From: Eledone cirrhosa
Lineage: Eukaryota
Direction of reading: 5' to 3'
Length of the DNA stretch: 64,000 nt
NCBI GenBank assembly: GCA_964016885.1
Contig: OZ024742.1
Location: 10,726,001-10,790,000, forward strand
In this document: positions 25,681 through 39,638 of the stretch, one piece after another
Layout: each line of letters starts with the position of its first letter
How positions within the stretch are numbered: the stretch's first letter is position 1
Program-made: the position numbers and the translations under genes
Notes under the pieces: model-generated
Told to the model about the DNA's origin: nothing
What the model saw: only the letters and a program-made list of their open reading frames with translations
Database searches by the model: none

Positions 25681-27648
25681 CTCTCTCCTACTCTTTCTCT
25701 ATCTCTCTCCCCCTCTCTCCCACCACACCACCACCACCATTCACAGTGTTCAAGAAACGACTTAACACTGGTTACTATTAATGTTTAGACATAGTCACAT
25801 TTGTATTTGTAAACGTAGGAGTTAAGATCAAGTATGATGAAAACATCCTAAGTGAGGGCTACTTGGAAAAATATGTTTCTTCCTTTCTGCAGGTTTTTCT
25901 TTATTCTCTTTTTTTATTTATACACCCACCCACCCACGCTCACTCTTCGAATCTCTATGATGACAAGAATTAGCTTTGAGATGATCATTTTTGTAAAGAA
26001 ACATCTCTTAGCACTTCAAAAACACAGACATCTCAATAATGTACAGATGTATTTGGTTGACGCCATCAGCTTCATCTTACCAAATATCTCATCTATTTTC
26101 TTCTCAACTTGTTTTTGCATTGTTGGCTTCTTTCATCATCATCATCTTTTAATGTCCACTTTTATTATTTTGTATGGTAATTGCTGCTGGTTCCAGCTTT
26201 CCATTGGGCCATTCTCTGGTTCACTGCACTTCTTATGGTGTGTGATTCATCATCATCATCAACACACTTTAACATCTATCATCTATGCAAGAATGAGTTA
26301 CATGGTTTATCACGTTATGAGATTAGATAAACCAGGTGACCACCTCTTGCTCATATATTCTGTTGTTTTGGCTCAGTTGCTATGGATGGAAACCCTTCCT
26401 AATGTCAACCACTTTACAGAGTGTACTGGGTGCATGGTTTCTACAGCTCAATGCCTTTCCTAACACCAACCACTAAACAAAGTGTACTGGAAGCATGGTT
26501 TCTACAGCTCAATGCCTTTCCTAACACCAACCACTTTACAATTTTTCAGAAGTATGTTGCTAGGATTACGTTGTCAAATATGTCCATATTCTAAAAATGT
26601 TAGTGATTTGATAGAGATTTAGCTGCTAATTTTAGTAGGTTGAGTAGCTATGAAGAGGCTTCCTTATTGACCTCAGTTTGCTACAGTGGTTCCTGGTTTT
26701 TATCTCTGTGTTGTTGTTTGTTTGATGGGAGTAATTAAAGTCACATGATCTATATAAAGACACAAACAGAACCTAATATGGTTGTAAGGTTTGAACACGT
26801 GATGAACATTTTATGCATAAAGAAACACCTCAACTATGCAACAAAACCTATTTCAATAGATATATTACAAAAATCTAATCAAAATAGCTGGTATATAGTT
26901 CCAAGAGCTTTCATCTTCTTGTGTGTTTCTCATAAATATTTGAACAGTTAACTTTCATTGTAAATTAAAACTCCCTTTGGGGAAAGATGGCAATAGAATG
27001 AAATTAATTAATAAAAGTACTACACAACGTTTTGGATGAATAGAGATGGGAAATAAATCTACAGTGTGTATTTTTCATAATGGTATCTACTTTACAGAGC
27101 ATGGCTAAAAAAGTTGTATGTTTACAGATAATATACACCATAAGTTTGTATCAATTGAATAGAAATCTGTAGAGATGAAGATAATATCTCTATCAATAGA
27201 ATAGATATGTCTTTACAGTTGAAGTTAATGTTTTTCACCTGGAAGGTAATGTCTATATTCAGTTATCTTTTAAAGTCCTGTGCCACGTGAAACAGCATTA
27301 GTAGGCATTTTTAAAAAGTACAAAAAACACTGAGCACAGCACACTGAATATTAAGGCTTTTACTGTAAAATTTTCCAATTATCTGTCCAATAGTAAAGAT
27401 ACTACATACATTTGGAGTGATGAACTGCTGTTTAGATATTTTCTACCAAATCTTTACAACAGAGTTAAACAATGTATACATGTCCTAGGCATTTTCTTAA
27501 GATGATTGAATCATCATCATCACTGTTTAATGTCCATGCTAGCATGGGTTAGACAAGTTGTGCCATTGTGAGAGAATTCAAACCAGGTGACCATATCTTG
27601 CTCATACAGATTATTTAAAACCCAGTTGTATGGCAGTGATGTTATTTA

Positions 27649-27844
27649 GAGGGTCAGCTGAAAAGTTTAGGTTGACCAAGATACTCTCATGGAATGACCA
27701 AATGAGGTTTATTTTTCAACATATTGCCTAGAAACAAACAATGCAATTATTAATAAGAAGAGTTGAAATTAATGTATGCAAGATTTCACAGCTCTAGCAC
27801 CACTCCTTCATAGTCAGCCTATGAACGTTTCAGACCACACTCGT
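27649..27844. mobile_element. Degenerate mariner-like MITE
   Basis: Imperfect terminal inverted repeats gagggtcagctgaaaagtt..gttgac / gtcagcc..ttcagaccacactcg. Confidence 0.5.
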
Positions 27845-28034
27845 ATTTCAATTGTTTATTAGTTAGTTTGGTGAACATTTATCCTTTACAGATTGATAAA
27901 ATAAAGAACCCTTCAGAAAGTGGATTTGAAGAATTGCTAAACCATTTCAATGGGATGCTATGCAGTATTTGCTCTGGGCCCTTTGAGTTCTCAATTTTTT
28001 TTTTATAGTAAATTTAATCTATAATGATAGATTA

Positions 28035-28236
28035 ACACCACCACCTTGTCCTTGGGTGCTTTCAGCGGTAGAGATAGACCAAGAAAGACCTGGGAAGATG
28101 TTGTGAGAACTGACCTCAAATCACTGAGACTAACAGAGGTGATGACAAAGGATCACGACATGTGGAGAGATGTCATGCTGGGAAGGACCCGTCCAACCCT
28201 TGCAAGTGTGGAAATGCAGATTTGAAAATGAAGATG
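28035..28236 (+). mobile_element. Old RTE 3' end fragment
   Basis: RPRKTWEDVV.. motif and ccaacccttgcaag tail. Confidence 0.6.
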
Positions 28237-28562
28237 GTGGCTGTGTCTAGCTCATACAGAACTGTTTCTTGCTTAGTTTCTATGGCTGGAAATAAAGCCA
28301 GAAACAAATAGAGATAACACATTGGCTATGGAATTTCTCATTCATTAGAAACTCCCAATACCACATGTTGAATGCTTCTCTTATTAAGTTACTGTTTAGC
28401 CCCAGGTTGACCTCAATTGAGCAGTCCCCATTTTGGGAACACTCCAAAAGACATACCTACTGGGAAAGCAAGGACACGTCCTGATTATCTGAGGCTGCAG
28501 GTAGGGCAAATTGTCCAGTTAAATTACAACAACGACTGGGATATCAAAGTAGTAGTAATAGT

Positions 28563-28785
28563 AATAATGGTTTCTTATATAGGCACAAGTCTAGCAATTT
28601 TGGGGGAGGGGAAAATCGATTAAATCGACCCCAGTACGTTACTGGTGCTTTATTTTATCGACCCCGTAAGGATGAAAGGCAAAGTTAACCTCAACGGGAT
28701 TTGAACTCAGACCAAAAAGAGACGTAACTCTTTGTTGCAAAGTATGGCATCAGACCCTCTACTGATACTGCCAATCCACCGATAA
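28563..28785 (-). mobile_element. tRNA-derived SINE family 1
   Basis: Same core in reverse orientation. Confidence 0.78.
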
Positions 28786-29520
28786 TAAAAGAGTTCATGT
28801 CCTTGGTTAGAAAGCCTATTATTATATGTCTGGCTGATCAGGGCCGACTGGAGGCTAAACTATAACATTATTCATATGCCACGCTCTTTGTTCACTCTAT
28901 CCTCCTCCTATTCTTTTGTTTGAGAGACTAGTGTATAATATTAGTGAGATTTGGCTGCTATTTGTAGTAGGTCAAACAACCATGTAGACAACTTCTTTTT
29001 CTTTCTTGGCTTATGGCATACATAGCATGTCATTTACTATTGGCAACCTCTAACTATAATCTGTCTTACACTGTACTGCACCTTTCACTACTTCTTACCA
29101 ATACATTCCTAGTTTAATGTATTGGGTTCAATTTAGGTTGACCAGTTGAATAATACATTTAAGTAAATGGTTGAGCATGATCGCATGATGGTAATAACTG
29201 ATGCGGTAGCTATTGCTTTTAGTCCATGTATCAAAAACAAATAAGAAAGGAAACATGAAGAGAGTGTGGGGTGGAGGACTTAATTAAGTAACCTCATCGG
29301 AAAAGGTTTATCCTGCAGAGAAAATTCAATTAGATTCCTTGGAATGCTGCACCATTTCTTTTCCTGTTTCCATCAATAGCTTATCACTAGACACTGACAT
29401 TCCCTTCTGATTCGTTAATTGAATGAGAAAATCCCAATCTAACTATATCTATTTTATATATCGTAGCTATCAATCTACCTGACTATCTATCTATCTTATC
29501 TATATATCTAGAATATCTCC

Positions 29521-29574
<54 letters not shown>

Positions 29575-30644
29575 GTGTGTGTCACTATTATCTACCTATA
29601 TCTATTTCCTCTAATCTCTCTCTATGTATCTCATCTCTTTGTCTCATCTATCTATCTACGCATCTACATTTCTATCTATCTATCTATCTCTCTCTCTATA
29701 TATATATACACACACATATATATATATATATTGATGATATATACACACACACATACACCACAGAGACGTTACCCACATTAATACCAGTGCAGATAGTTAT
29801 ATACATACATACACCTCCCTGTCCCCATATATGAGTCACCAATGCCAGGATAGAAGCCCTTCTCAATTATCAATCAACTGCAATGTTTAACTGAATCTAC
29901 TTTCAATTTATACAAATAAAGAAAGAAAATAAAGAAAAAGAAATATTTACCCCTTTTCTATTCAGGAAACCGAAAAATTTGATTTAGGTACAAAAATCAA
30001 TAAGACCTAATATAGTGTAAACCCATTTCTTGCTGGAAACGTCCTTCTTGACCCTCCCACTGAGAGACAATTTCAGACTGGTGGAATATTCAAGCCTCAT
30101 CAAGTATATAAACTCATCTGACTAAGTTGAGGATTAACTGCTAAGAGAGGCTCTGATGGATTACTTTGGTAAATAAATTTGGGAACGCTAGCAGGGTTGC
30201 TTAAATTGCCTTTCACTGGAGAGAGTAGCACTAAATTGTATATTTCTATATATCAGGGTGTATTTTGTTGTTGTTGGTGGTGGTGCTGGAGATGGTGATT
30301 TTTCTTACCAGGCCAGTCTTGATTGAGCAAGCATATGCTCAAAAGTATTCCAGCCATGACCATCTTGTCATTTTTTTAGGAGTATCATGGTGTCCTTCCT
30401 TGTTTATAACATTGTTTTTGTGAGGAGGATTTGACTGCTATTTTTAGCAGGTCAAACAACCATGCAGAGGCTCCATCACTAGAAGGTATGTTATATCTTA
30501 TGGTAATTGCATATGTATGAAGCCATCACCCCTAAAATAGCTGTAGGGGCACCATATTGACATTCAACATTTCTTGGGGCATTTAAAGCCTAGCAGAGTT
30601 CATCTCCTCTCCAGGCCTGAATACAGCAGATTTCTTCCAGAGAA

Positions 30645-32320
30645 GGATAGAGAGAGTGAGAGAAAGAGATATAGAGAGAGTGAGAGAAAGAGATATAGAG
30701 AGAGTGAGAGAAAGAGATATAGAGAGAGTGAGAGAAAGAGATATAGAGAGAGTGAGAGAAAGAGATATAGAGAGAGTGAGAGAAAGAGATATAGAGAGAG
30801 TGAGAGAAAGAGATATAGAGAGAGTGATAGAAAGAGATATAGAGAGAGTGAGAGAAAGAGATATAGAGGGAGTGAGAGAAAGAGATATAGAGAGAGTGAG
30901 AGAAAGAGATATAGAGGGAGTGAGAGAAAAGAAGTGAGAAAGAGATATAGAGGGAGTGAGAGAAAGGAAGAGAGAAAGAGATATAGAGGGAGTGAGAGAA
31001 AAGAAGTGAGAAAGAGATATAGAGGGAGTGAGAGAAAGGAAGAGAGAAAGAGATATAGAGGGAGTGAGAGAAAAGAAGTGAGAAAGAGATATAGAGGGAG
31101 TGAGAGAAAGGAAGAGAGAAAGAGATATAGAGGGAGTGAGAGAAAAGAAGTGAGAAAGAGATATAGAGGGAGGGAGAGAAAGGAAGTGAGAAAGAGATAT
31201 AGAGGGAGTGTGAGAAAGGAAGTGAGAAAGAGATATAGAGGGAGTGAGAGAAAGGAAGAGAGAAAGAGATATAGAGGGGGGAGAGAACGGAAGAGAGAAA
31301 GAGATATAGAGGGAGTGAGAGAAAGGAAGAGAGAAAGAGATATAGAGGGAGTGAGAGAAAGGAAGTGGGAAAGAGATATAGAAGGAGTGAGAGAAAGGAA
31401 GTGAGAAAGAGATATAGAGGGAGTGAGAGAAAGGAAGAGAGAAAGAGATATAGAGGGAGTGAGAGAAAGAGATATAGAGGGAGTGAGAGAAAGAGATATA
31501 GAGGGAGTGAGAGAAAGGAAGAGAGAAAGAGATATAGAGGGGGGAGAGAAAGGAAGAGAGAAAGAGATATAGAGGGAGTGAGAGAAAGAGATATAGAGGG
31601 AGTGAGAGAAAGGAAGTGGGAAAGAGATATAGAGGGAGTGAGAGAAAGAGATATAGAGGGAGTGAGAGAAAGGAAGAGAGAAAGAGATATAGAGGGAGTG
31701 AGAGAAAGAGATATAGAGGGAGTGAGAGAAAGGAAGAGAGAAAGAGATATAGAGGGAGTGAGAGAAAGGAAGAGAGAAAGAGATATAGAGGGAGTGAGAG
31801 AAAGGAAGAGAGAAAGAGATATAGAGGGAGTGAGAGAAAGGAAGAGAGAAAGAGATATAGAGGGAGTGAGAGAAAGGAAGAGAGAAAGAGATATAGAGGG
31901 AGTGAGAGAAAGGAAGAGAGAAAGAGATATAGAGGGAGTGAGAGAAAGGAAGAGAGAAAGAGATATAGAGGGAGTGAGAGAAAGGTAGAGAGAAAGAGAT
32001 ATAGAGGGAGTGAGAGAAAGGAAGAGAGAAAGAGATATAGAGGGAGTGAGAGAAAGGAAGAGAGAAAGAGATATAGAGGGAGTGAGAGAAAGGAAGAGAG
32101 AAAGAGATATAGAGGGAGTGAGAGAAAGGAAGAGAGAAAGAGATATAGAGGGAGTGAGAGAAAGGAAGAGAGAAAGAGATATAGAGGGAGTGAGAGAAAG
32201 GAAGAGAGAAAGAGATATAGAGGGAGTGAGAGAAAGAGATATAGAGGGAGTGAGAGAAAGGAAGAGAGAAAGAGATATAGAGGGAGTGAGAGAAAGGAAG
32301 AGAGAAAGAGATATAGAGGC
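30645..32320. repeat. Purine-rich minisatellite, 24-bp then 36-bp units
   Basis: agagagtgagagaaagagatatag and gagggagtgagagaaaggaagagagaaagagatata arrays. Confidence 0.95.
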
Positions 32321-33290
32321 AGAATTGACCCCAATACTTGCCTGGTACATTTTTTATTGACCTCAAAAGGATGAAAGACAAAGTTGACCTTGGTGGGATT
32401 TGATCTCAGAGAGCAGAGAGACGAAACAAATATCACAAATCTATCAAATCACCGCCTAATATGGTAATTACCCCATGATAAATAGGATGATGCTAATATG
32501 CCACTTGTTAGTCTAGAAAAGCAGGTTCCATCATAGTAGTTGCAGTTGAAGAGACAAAGAGGTGACACAAGAGTTGTATGTTTTTGAAAGATTGTTAACA
32601 ATCAAGTAACTAAACAGTCTTAAGTGCTTATGATCTCAGACAGACATAGGAAATCATTGACCCATGGGTTCCATGGGTTGCATGTGACCCATTTTGCTTA
32701 CTGAATAGCACAACTAATTTCAAAATTACCTTGAACTTTTTAATGGTATAGCCTGCCTAAATGGCTTCTGTATAATTTCTAGCTACTTCATCCTCAGTTC
32801 TTAAGTCTACCTCAGACTATGTAAAAACCTCTTAAATCATAGATAATTGTTAACAAACAGCTCCATAACATGCACACACATACATACTCACAAACTCACA
32901 CACATTCACACACTCATACACACACTTATACACAGTACTATAGCAACCACACGCACATGGAAACTGAATGTAGGAGAAAATAGGAAAGATAGTTAAAATG
33001 GTTGCAGAAATTTAGAACTTCTGTGAAGACACCAGAATTTTCTTTGGAGTTAATAATGTCATGGTTGTGGTTGGAGAAATTTAGAACTTCTGTGAATCAC
33101 CAGCATCTCTTGGGAATTATGTCATGGCTGTGATATTTTCATAGATGTGTTTTTTCACCCAAGTAAAAGGTTACTGGTCTTAGTATGAAGCTTCACATTG
33201 TGACTGGCTACCATTTGAGATGTGAGACAAGTTGCTGTTTATATCTAATCTCAATTCACATAGTATTCATATATAAATATATATATATAT

Positions 33291-33558
33291 ACGACTTCTC
33301 ACGGGTACAAGCCGAAGGGGAAGCATATTGACAATATGCCTCCACCCCCTCCCACTGCAAACTGGTCGTGTAGGCGCCATGGAAAAAAAGCACCCAGCAC
33401 TCACTGTAAAGGAGGTTGGTGTTAGGAAGGGCATCCAGCTGTAGAACCAGAATCAGTTCCCGTATGAGCAAGACATGGTCAGCCGACCAGATACTGCCCA
33501 CAACAGGACAACCCGTCTAACCCATGCTAGTGTGGAAGACGGACGTAAAACGGTGATG

Positions 33559-33560
<2 letters not shown>
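33291..33560 (+). mobile_element. RTE subfamily B 3' UTR fragment
   Basis: Matches 36930-37250. Confidence 0.8.
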
Positions 33561-33584
<24 letters not shown>

Positions 33585-33590
<6 letters not shown>

Positions 33591-33765
33591 ATATGTGTTA
33601 ATCACAGTCATGTATATATGTATGTATAAGTGTTAATCACAGTCATGTATATATGTGTGTATATGTGTTAATCACAGTCATGTATATATGTGTGTATATG
33701 TGTTAATCACAGTCATGTATATATGTGTGTATATGTGTTAATCACAGTCATGTATATATGTGTGT
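33585..33765. repeat. 36-bp tandem repeat x5
   Basis: gtgttaatcacagtcatgtatatatgtgtgtatat units. Confidence 0.85.
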
Positions 33766-34339
33766 GCGTGTGCATCTGTCACAGGCCAAGAATATATGTG
33801 TACATGTTTACAGAAATACTATATATAAGAATATGATAGTAATAATCTTTTATTATGACATCCCATAAACGTTTTTTTTTTCAATTAATTACATGCAATA
33901 AAAGTGTGTGTGTGGGGGGGGGATAAACACCTGTATAAACTTGCTATGAAAGCAGGTGTTAAATTCACCTTGACTTCATTCTTAGGGAAATCTTTCAAAA
34001 GTGCAGTTAATGTTAATTTTCAAAAAATAAAAGAACTATAATTAAAACATTATTTATGGGATGTCTGTAAATATAGTTTAATTTTTACAATTGTTTCAGT
34101 AGAAGTCTATACCACAAACACATAACTAGGCAAATGTAATAATAATGCTTTCTTTATTAACCACAAGGGTTGACACAAAGTAGACATTAAGGACAGTACA
34201 GGACAATACAGGACAGTACAAATGGGCATTTCTGCATGTAAAAAAACAAAAAAACAGATGTAACAAAAAAAGGAAACAATGAAAAATTCCCCAATAGGGG
34301 GGAGACTTCCGAGGGTCGAATAATAATGAAAAGGATCAT

Positions 34340-34568
34340 AATAATAATGGTTTCTGATTTAGGCACAAGGCCAGCAATTTGGGTGGAGGGGAAGATTGAT
34401 TAAATCTACCCTAGTGTCTTATTAGTACTTTATTTTATTGACTCCCATAAAGATGAAAGGCAAAGGTAACCTCGGTGGGATTTGAACTCAGAACATGAAG
34501 GAACGTAACTCTATGCTGCAAAGCATGCTGTTAGTTGCTCTACCGATTACTGCCATTCCGCCACCTTA
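34340..34568 (-). mobile_element. tRNA-derived SINE family 1
   Basis: Full head-core-tail in reverse orientation. Confidence 0.78.
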
Positions 34569-34574
34569 TAATAA

Positions 34575-35105
34575 TAGGAAAAGAAAGAGTGTATATATTT
34601 ACTAAGCAGGAAGAAAGTGTGTAGGTTGCACCATATATATAAACTATATTAACATATGACAATTGTTTTGATCAAGATCAGCTCAAAGTGAGATCAAGAT
34701 GACTGGGGCCTGACTCTACAATGACAGCTCATCAGATATAAGGGGTTTGTGCAGAACACATTCAAACTGGGATTAATATGGGAGGTATGAATAAGGGGTT
34801 GAAGGGGTAGATTCTGGGATGGAGTAGTGAAGATATTTAAGGGCTTTAGAGGGGTGGGAGTAGCTAAGGTGTAATTCTTGAGACGACATGGATGGTGGGT
34901 GTAGTTGTGGTGACGATAGTTGCTGAGAAGGGTTAGTAAAATGGAGGGAGATATATATAATGGATAACAAAATATTGTTATAGGTAATCCAGTTAGAGGT
35001 TGTGAATACTTCGTATTGTGGATAGTTTTAGCGTACGGGGTCGTTTGATTTAACAAGAGGTTTTCGTAGGTGGCGAGTTTATGAGTTTCCTTTCATTCCT
35101 ATGTA
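34575..35105 (-). mobile_element. PLE 3' fragment with hammerhead remnant (34653-34740)
   Basis: Frameshifted ERKLI..KP..LNQ resembling a GIY-YIG C-terminus; tatat-CTGATGA..AAAA-CAATTG-TC-atatg (G12A). Confidence 0.55.
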
Positions 35106-35113
35106 AGTTTACT

Positions 35114-35388
35114 TTGAAAGAGTGAAGAATAACATGGTCAACAGTACAAAAAAGGGTTTTATTTACAGTATTAACAATTGTTTCACTGATTAAGTTGTCT
35201 AAAAATTACTGAACAGATCATCAGAAAGGACTTTCTGATGATCTGTTTAAGCTAACAACGTATTTAAAATTGAGTGGCACAGCTTCAAGTGTTTAGTAAT
35301 TTTTAGTCAACTTAATCAGTGAAACAATTGTTAATACTGTAAATAAAACCCTTTTTTGTACTGTTGACCATGTTATTCTTCACTCTTT

Positions 35389-35391
<3 letters not shown>
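35114..35391. mobile_element. Fold-back mini-element with hammerhead core
   Basis: Inverted arms centred at ~35230, with ~46 nt extra in the right arm; CTGATGA..GAAA-CAATTG-TT. Confidence 0.7.
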
Positions 35392-35433
<42 letters not shown>

Positions 35434-35435
35434 TA

Positions 35436-37250
35436 CGTATTGTTAACCAGGTAATACTAGAAGGTGTCATACCAAAAGATTGGTGCAGTAGCATCATTGT
35501 CAACTGCTACAAAGGTAAAGGTGATGCACTAGATAGAGGAAACTATAGAGGTATAAAGCTGATGGACCAGGTCATGAAAGTAACAGAAAGAGTTATAGCA
35601 CAGTTGATTAGGGAATGGGTGAAACTAGATGAGATGCAATTTGGGTTTGTACCAGGAAGAGACACCACTGATGCCCTCTTCTTTGTGAGGCAGTTACAGG
35701 AAAAGTACCTAGCTAAAAGTAAGCCACTCTACCTGGCATTCGTCGATCTCAAGAAAGCCTTTGACAGAGTTCCACGTGCTGTAATCTGGTGGGCTCTTAG
35801 AAAACTAGGAGTAGATGAACGGCTTGTGAAAACTGTACAAGCCATGTATAGGGGAGCAGTCAGCAAAGTTAGGATTAGCGAGGAATTTAGCGTACAGGTT
35901 GGTGTCCACCAGGGCTCTGTTCTTAGCCCTCTCCTGTTCATCATAGTCCTGCAGGCAATAACGCAGGAGTTTAAGACCGGATGCCCATGGGAACTCCTGT
36001 ATGCCGATGACCTCGCACTTATAGCTGAATCTATGGTAGAACTAGAGAAGAAATTCGAAACTTGGAAGCAGGGACTAGAAAGTCTACTTACAAGGACTAA
36101 GGTCCTTGTAAGTAGACGAGAAAACAGAACCCAGATCCCCTCAGGGAAATGGCCTTGCTCAGTATGTAGGAAAGGTGTAGGTAGGAACTCCATTCTCTGC
36201 CTCAAATGCAAACAGTGGGTACACAAGAGATGTAGCAGGATCTCAGGAAGCTTAATTAAGAATGTAGGCTTCACATGCAGCAGCTGTGCTGGGACAGCAA
36301 GCAGCAAACAGCCACAGGAAACAAGTACCACGAATCTCTGGGAGGGCTCTGTAGAAACAGTAGACAGCTTCTGCTACCTAGGTGACCGAATTAGCAGCGG
36401 AGGTGGGTGTTCAGAAAGTACAATAACTAGGGTAAGAACGGGATGGAAGAAGTTCAGGGAACTACTGCCACTGCTAGCTGCAAAAGGCTTCTCCCTCAAA
36501 ATGAAAGGCAGACTGTATGATGCGTGTATCCGAACAGCAATGTTAGATGGTAGTGAGACCTGGGCGCTGAAGGTGGAAGACTTACGTAGATTAGAGAGAA
36601 ACGAAGCCTGCATGCTCCGATGGATGTGTAACAGTAATATACGTGAACGACAAAGCATAATTGAATTGAGAGAGAGAGACTGAGCATAAGAGGGATCAAA
36701 TGCTGTGTGCAGGAGAGGCGGTTGCGTTGGTATGGACATGTGATGCGTATGAAGGATGACAGCTGCATAAAAAGGTGCAGAGCACTAGAAGTCAATGGAA
36801 ACCGCGGAGTGGGGAGACCCAAGAAGACCTGGGATGAGGTGATAAATGCTGACCTTACCCAATTACACCTCCCAAAGGTGATGACACACAACCGTGACCT
36901 CTGGCGTCATGCAGTAATACAGAGTACCCGACCTCCCGTGGGTACAAGCTGAAGCATATAGACAATATGCCCCCACACCCTCCCACTGCAAGGTGGTCGT
37001 GGAGGTGCCACGGCAGAAAAGCACCCAGCCCACACTGTAAAGTGGATGTGGAGGCGCCACGGAAAAAGCACCCAGCACTCACTGTAAATGAGGTTGGTGT
37101 TAGGAAGGGCATCCAGCTGTAGAAATCAAGCCAAAATCAGTTCCTGTATGAGCAAGGTATGGTCAGCCGACCAGACACTGCCCACAACAGGACAACCCGT
37201 CTAACCCGTGCTAGCATGGAAGAACGGACGTAAAACGGTGATGATGATGA
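35436..37250 (+). mobile_element. RTE-clade LINE subfamily B, 5'-truncated, with small deletions and a frameshift
   Basis: ORFs 35364-36683 and 36707-36952 carry RT motifs and the PHD-like insert; distinct 3' UTR. Confidence 0.92.
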
Positions 37251-37260
37251 TATACACACA

Positions 37261-38310
37261 TGTTATATTGGTTCGATTCACGGAGGTTTGAATCTTATGA
37301 ATTTAGTGGCAATCTTCAAAAATGTAAAAAGGCTACTTAACAATAAGTTAGAAAGATCTATCTTCTGCAGACATAGAATTGCCACTAAATTCATAAGATT
37401 CAAACCTCCGTGAATCGAACCAACATAACATAGCTTTAAATTAGGATACCTACTACCCACAGAAATATATTCATTAAGTATACTATATCCTTCACAAGTC
37501 TATACCACACAATTGTCTGTAAGTACCTCATCTACCCACAAACTTATTCCTTCTCAGCTGCTGCCATCATTTGATCCTAAATCCTAGTTTTTCTCAAATC
37601 ACTACTACAATGTAACTTTACCTTCCTTTTGCCATAATTACAATTAGCACGCTTATCTCTTTGCATGTATGTATATTTTTGTACGAGTGTATATTGATGT
37701 GTATGTATGTGTCTATGTACACATGCATGTGTACATATATATATATATGTGTGTGTAAATATATGCGTATATTACTTCGTTAACCTCTGTATTAACTCAA
37801 CAACTATTTAGCTTTGACAGTGTTGTCCCACTCATGTATACTATTGAAGATGAAGAGAAAGATTGTAAACACTAGCTTATCTTAATAATTTAAAATTGAT
37901 ATACACTTCGATACTCTGTACATGCCAAACTCTTACTTCTGCCTCATCACAGCTAGTTTTACACGCCGTAAAGTTAGATACATTATACCCCCCACCTAAG
38001 TAATGTCAGGGTCTCCTTAAATAATTTATTAATAGCATTGTTGTAATTGTTGTTATTGTTCTAATTGAATGCCATTACTACTTCATATAGTAGCCTGTAT
38101 ATTCTTTTCTTGCCTGTGTATTTTCTTCATTCTCGCATGCTCCGAAGATCTGACTGGTTATAATTTTGTATTGGCGATCGAGTAACGCGAAAATAAGCGA
38201 ATAGCGATCTCTAGACCTACCAATTCAGAGAAACAATTGTCAGCTATGAGATTAAAAACCTTTTTTGTATAGCAAACCATGTCAACCTTCTTTCCTGATT
38301 TATTATATAT
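37261..38310 (+). mobile_element. PLE 3' fragment with 5' fold-back and hammerhead (38131-38251)
   Basis: Inverted repeat 37261-37312 / 37378-37430; FIRFKPP(L)NRT resembling a GIY-YIG end; gct-CCGAAGA-tctga..tcaga-GAAA-CAATTG-TC-agc. Confidence 0.55.
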
Positions 38311-38486
38311 ATAAATAGATAGATGTCCTTATATATGAACATAGATGTACGTAAAGTCAATATTTTGTCTATATACTTTAATGTACATATATATATATAT
38401 ATATATATGTGTGTATGCATATATGTATATTTGTCTATCTATTTACACACACACACACACACACACGCGCGCGCGTGCGTGCGTGC

Positions 38487-38532
<46 letters not shown>

Positions 38533-38993
38533 CAAGAGAGAGATTCTAAGCTTGTTATTTATCCAATCTTCTGTACTCTTGACCTTTCCAGAGACTCCTG
38601 AAATAAGCTATCCTATTTCCAAGTAAAGAACATAATATTACTTCTTCAAATTTCTCTCAGTTCTCCTCCAGTGTATTTAAAGATCATTTCTGGTGGTGGC
38701 CACTATTGTACCATTGTTGCTGAAGAATCTCTTCAATATTCTCTAATTGACCATCCAAAGTATTCTTACTCTTTAAACACATGACAAACAAACACACACA
38801 CACATATAGGTATATAGATATGATACATATATACATACTCACATAAATATATGTATATACACATATTTGATGCATACACACTCAAAGACATATACATAGA
38901 TATATTTATATATATATATATACACATACATGATACATACATATGTATATGATGATAATGATATACAAACACTCAATCAGACACACACTTATA

Positions 38994-39145
38994 TCATCAT
39001 CATCATCGTTTAATGTCTATCTTCCACACTAGCATGGGTTAGATGGGAATTGTCCCACTTGAGGCTTGATTGGTCGGTTGACCTTGTCTCGCTTGTATAG
39101 GACTATCTGGCAGGTTTTCTACGGCTGGATGCCCTTCCTAACACC
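38994..39145 (-). mobile_element. RTE 3' tail fragment
   Basis: (atc)n..ggctggatgcccttcctaacacc. Confidence 0.75.
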
Positions 39146-39279
39146 ATATATATATATAGGAAGGAGTCGGACCCCTTCCTATTACCCACTCTACTACCCT
39201 AAGTATTGAGTACTTTGGTGTGTTATGGTCCATCTGGTTCCTTACCACATTTCCTTCGTTATATATATATATATATATA

Positions 39280-39596
39280 AGCAAAGGGATATTTAATTTG
39301 TTGGTAATTCAACAAATATGTATATTTATAACAGATTCAAAGCACTCGACAGCTTTTCTGGAGTATAATATCAATGATATTAATAAATGGAAACTATATT
39401 TATAAAACCATATTTATTCTATTATATATCCAGATAAAATTTGAACCGTTAAGGTCTCATTCCTGGATATGTCAATATTTATAAAACAAAATTTGTATTT
39501 TATCTGATGAGAGCGTACCAAAGTTTTGGTACCCTTGAAATATATATAATAGAATAAATATGGTTTTATAAATATAGTTTCCATTTATTAATATAT

Positions 39597-39602
<6 letters not shown>
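39280..39602 (+). ncRNA. Fold-back mini-element with intact-looking type I hammerhead (39496-39556)
   Basis: TATTTTAT-CTGATGA-gagcgtaccaaa gt tttggtaccctt-GAAA-TATATA-TA-ATAGAATA; inverted repeat 39368-39429 / 39540-39602. Confidence 0.75.

Positions 39603-39633
<31 letters not shown>

Positions 39634-39638
<5 letters not shown>

Noticed and set aside
30574-32436. Arg/Glu-rich or Ser/Leu-rich ORFs
   Set aside because: Translations of a purine-rich minisatellite.
33855-34070. Possible Tc1-like MITE (gacatcccataaa / tttatgggatgtc)
   Set aside because: Only a 13-bp inverted match and a single copy in the window; too weak to call.
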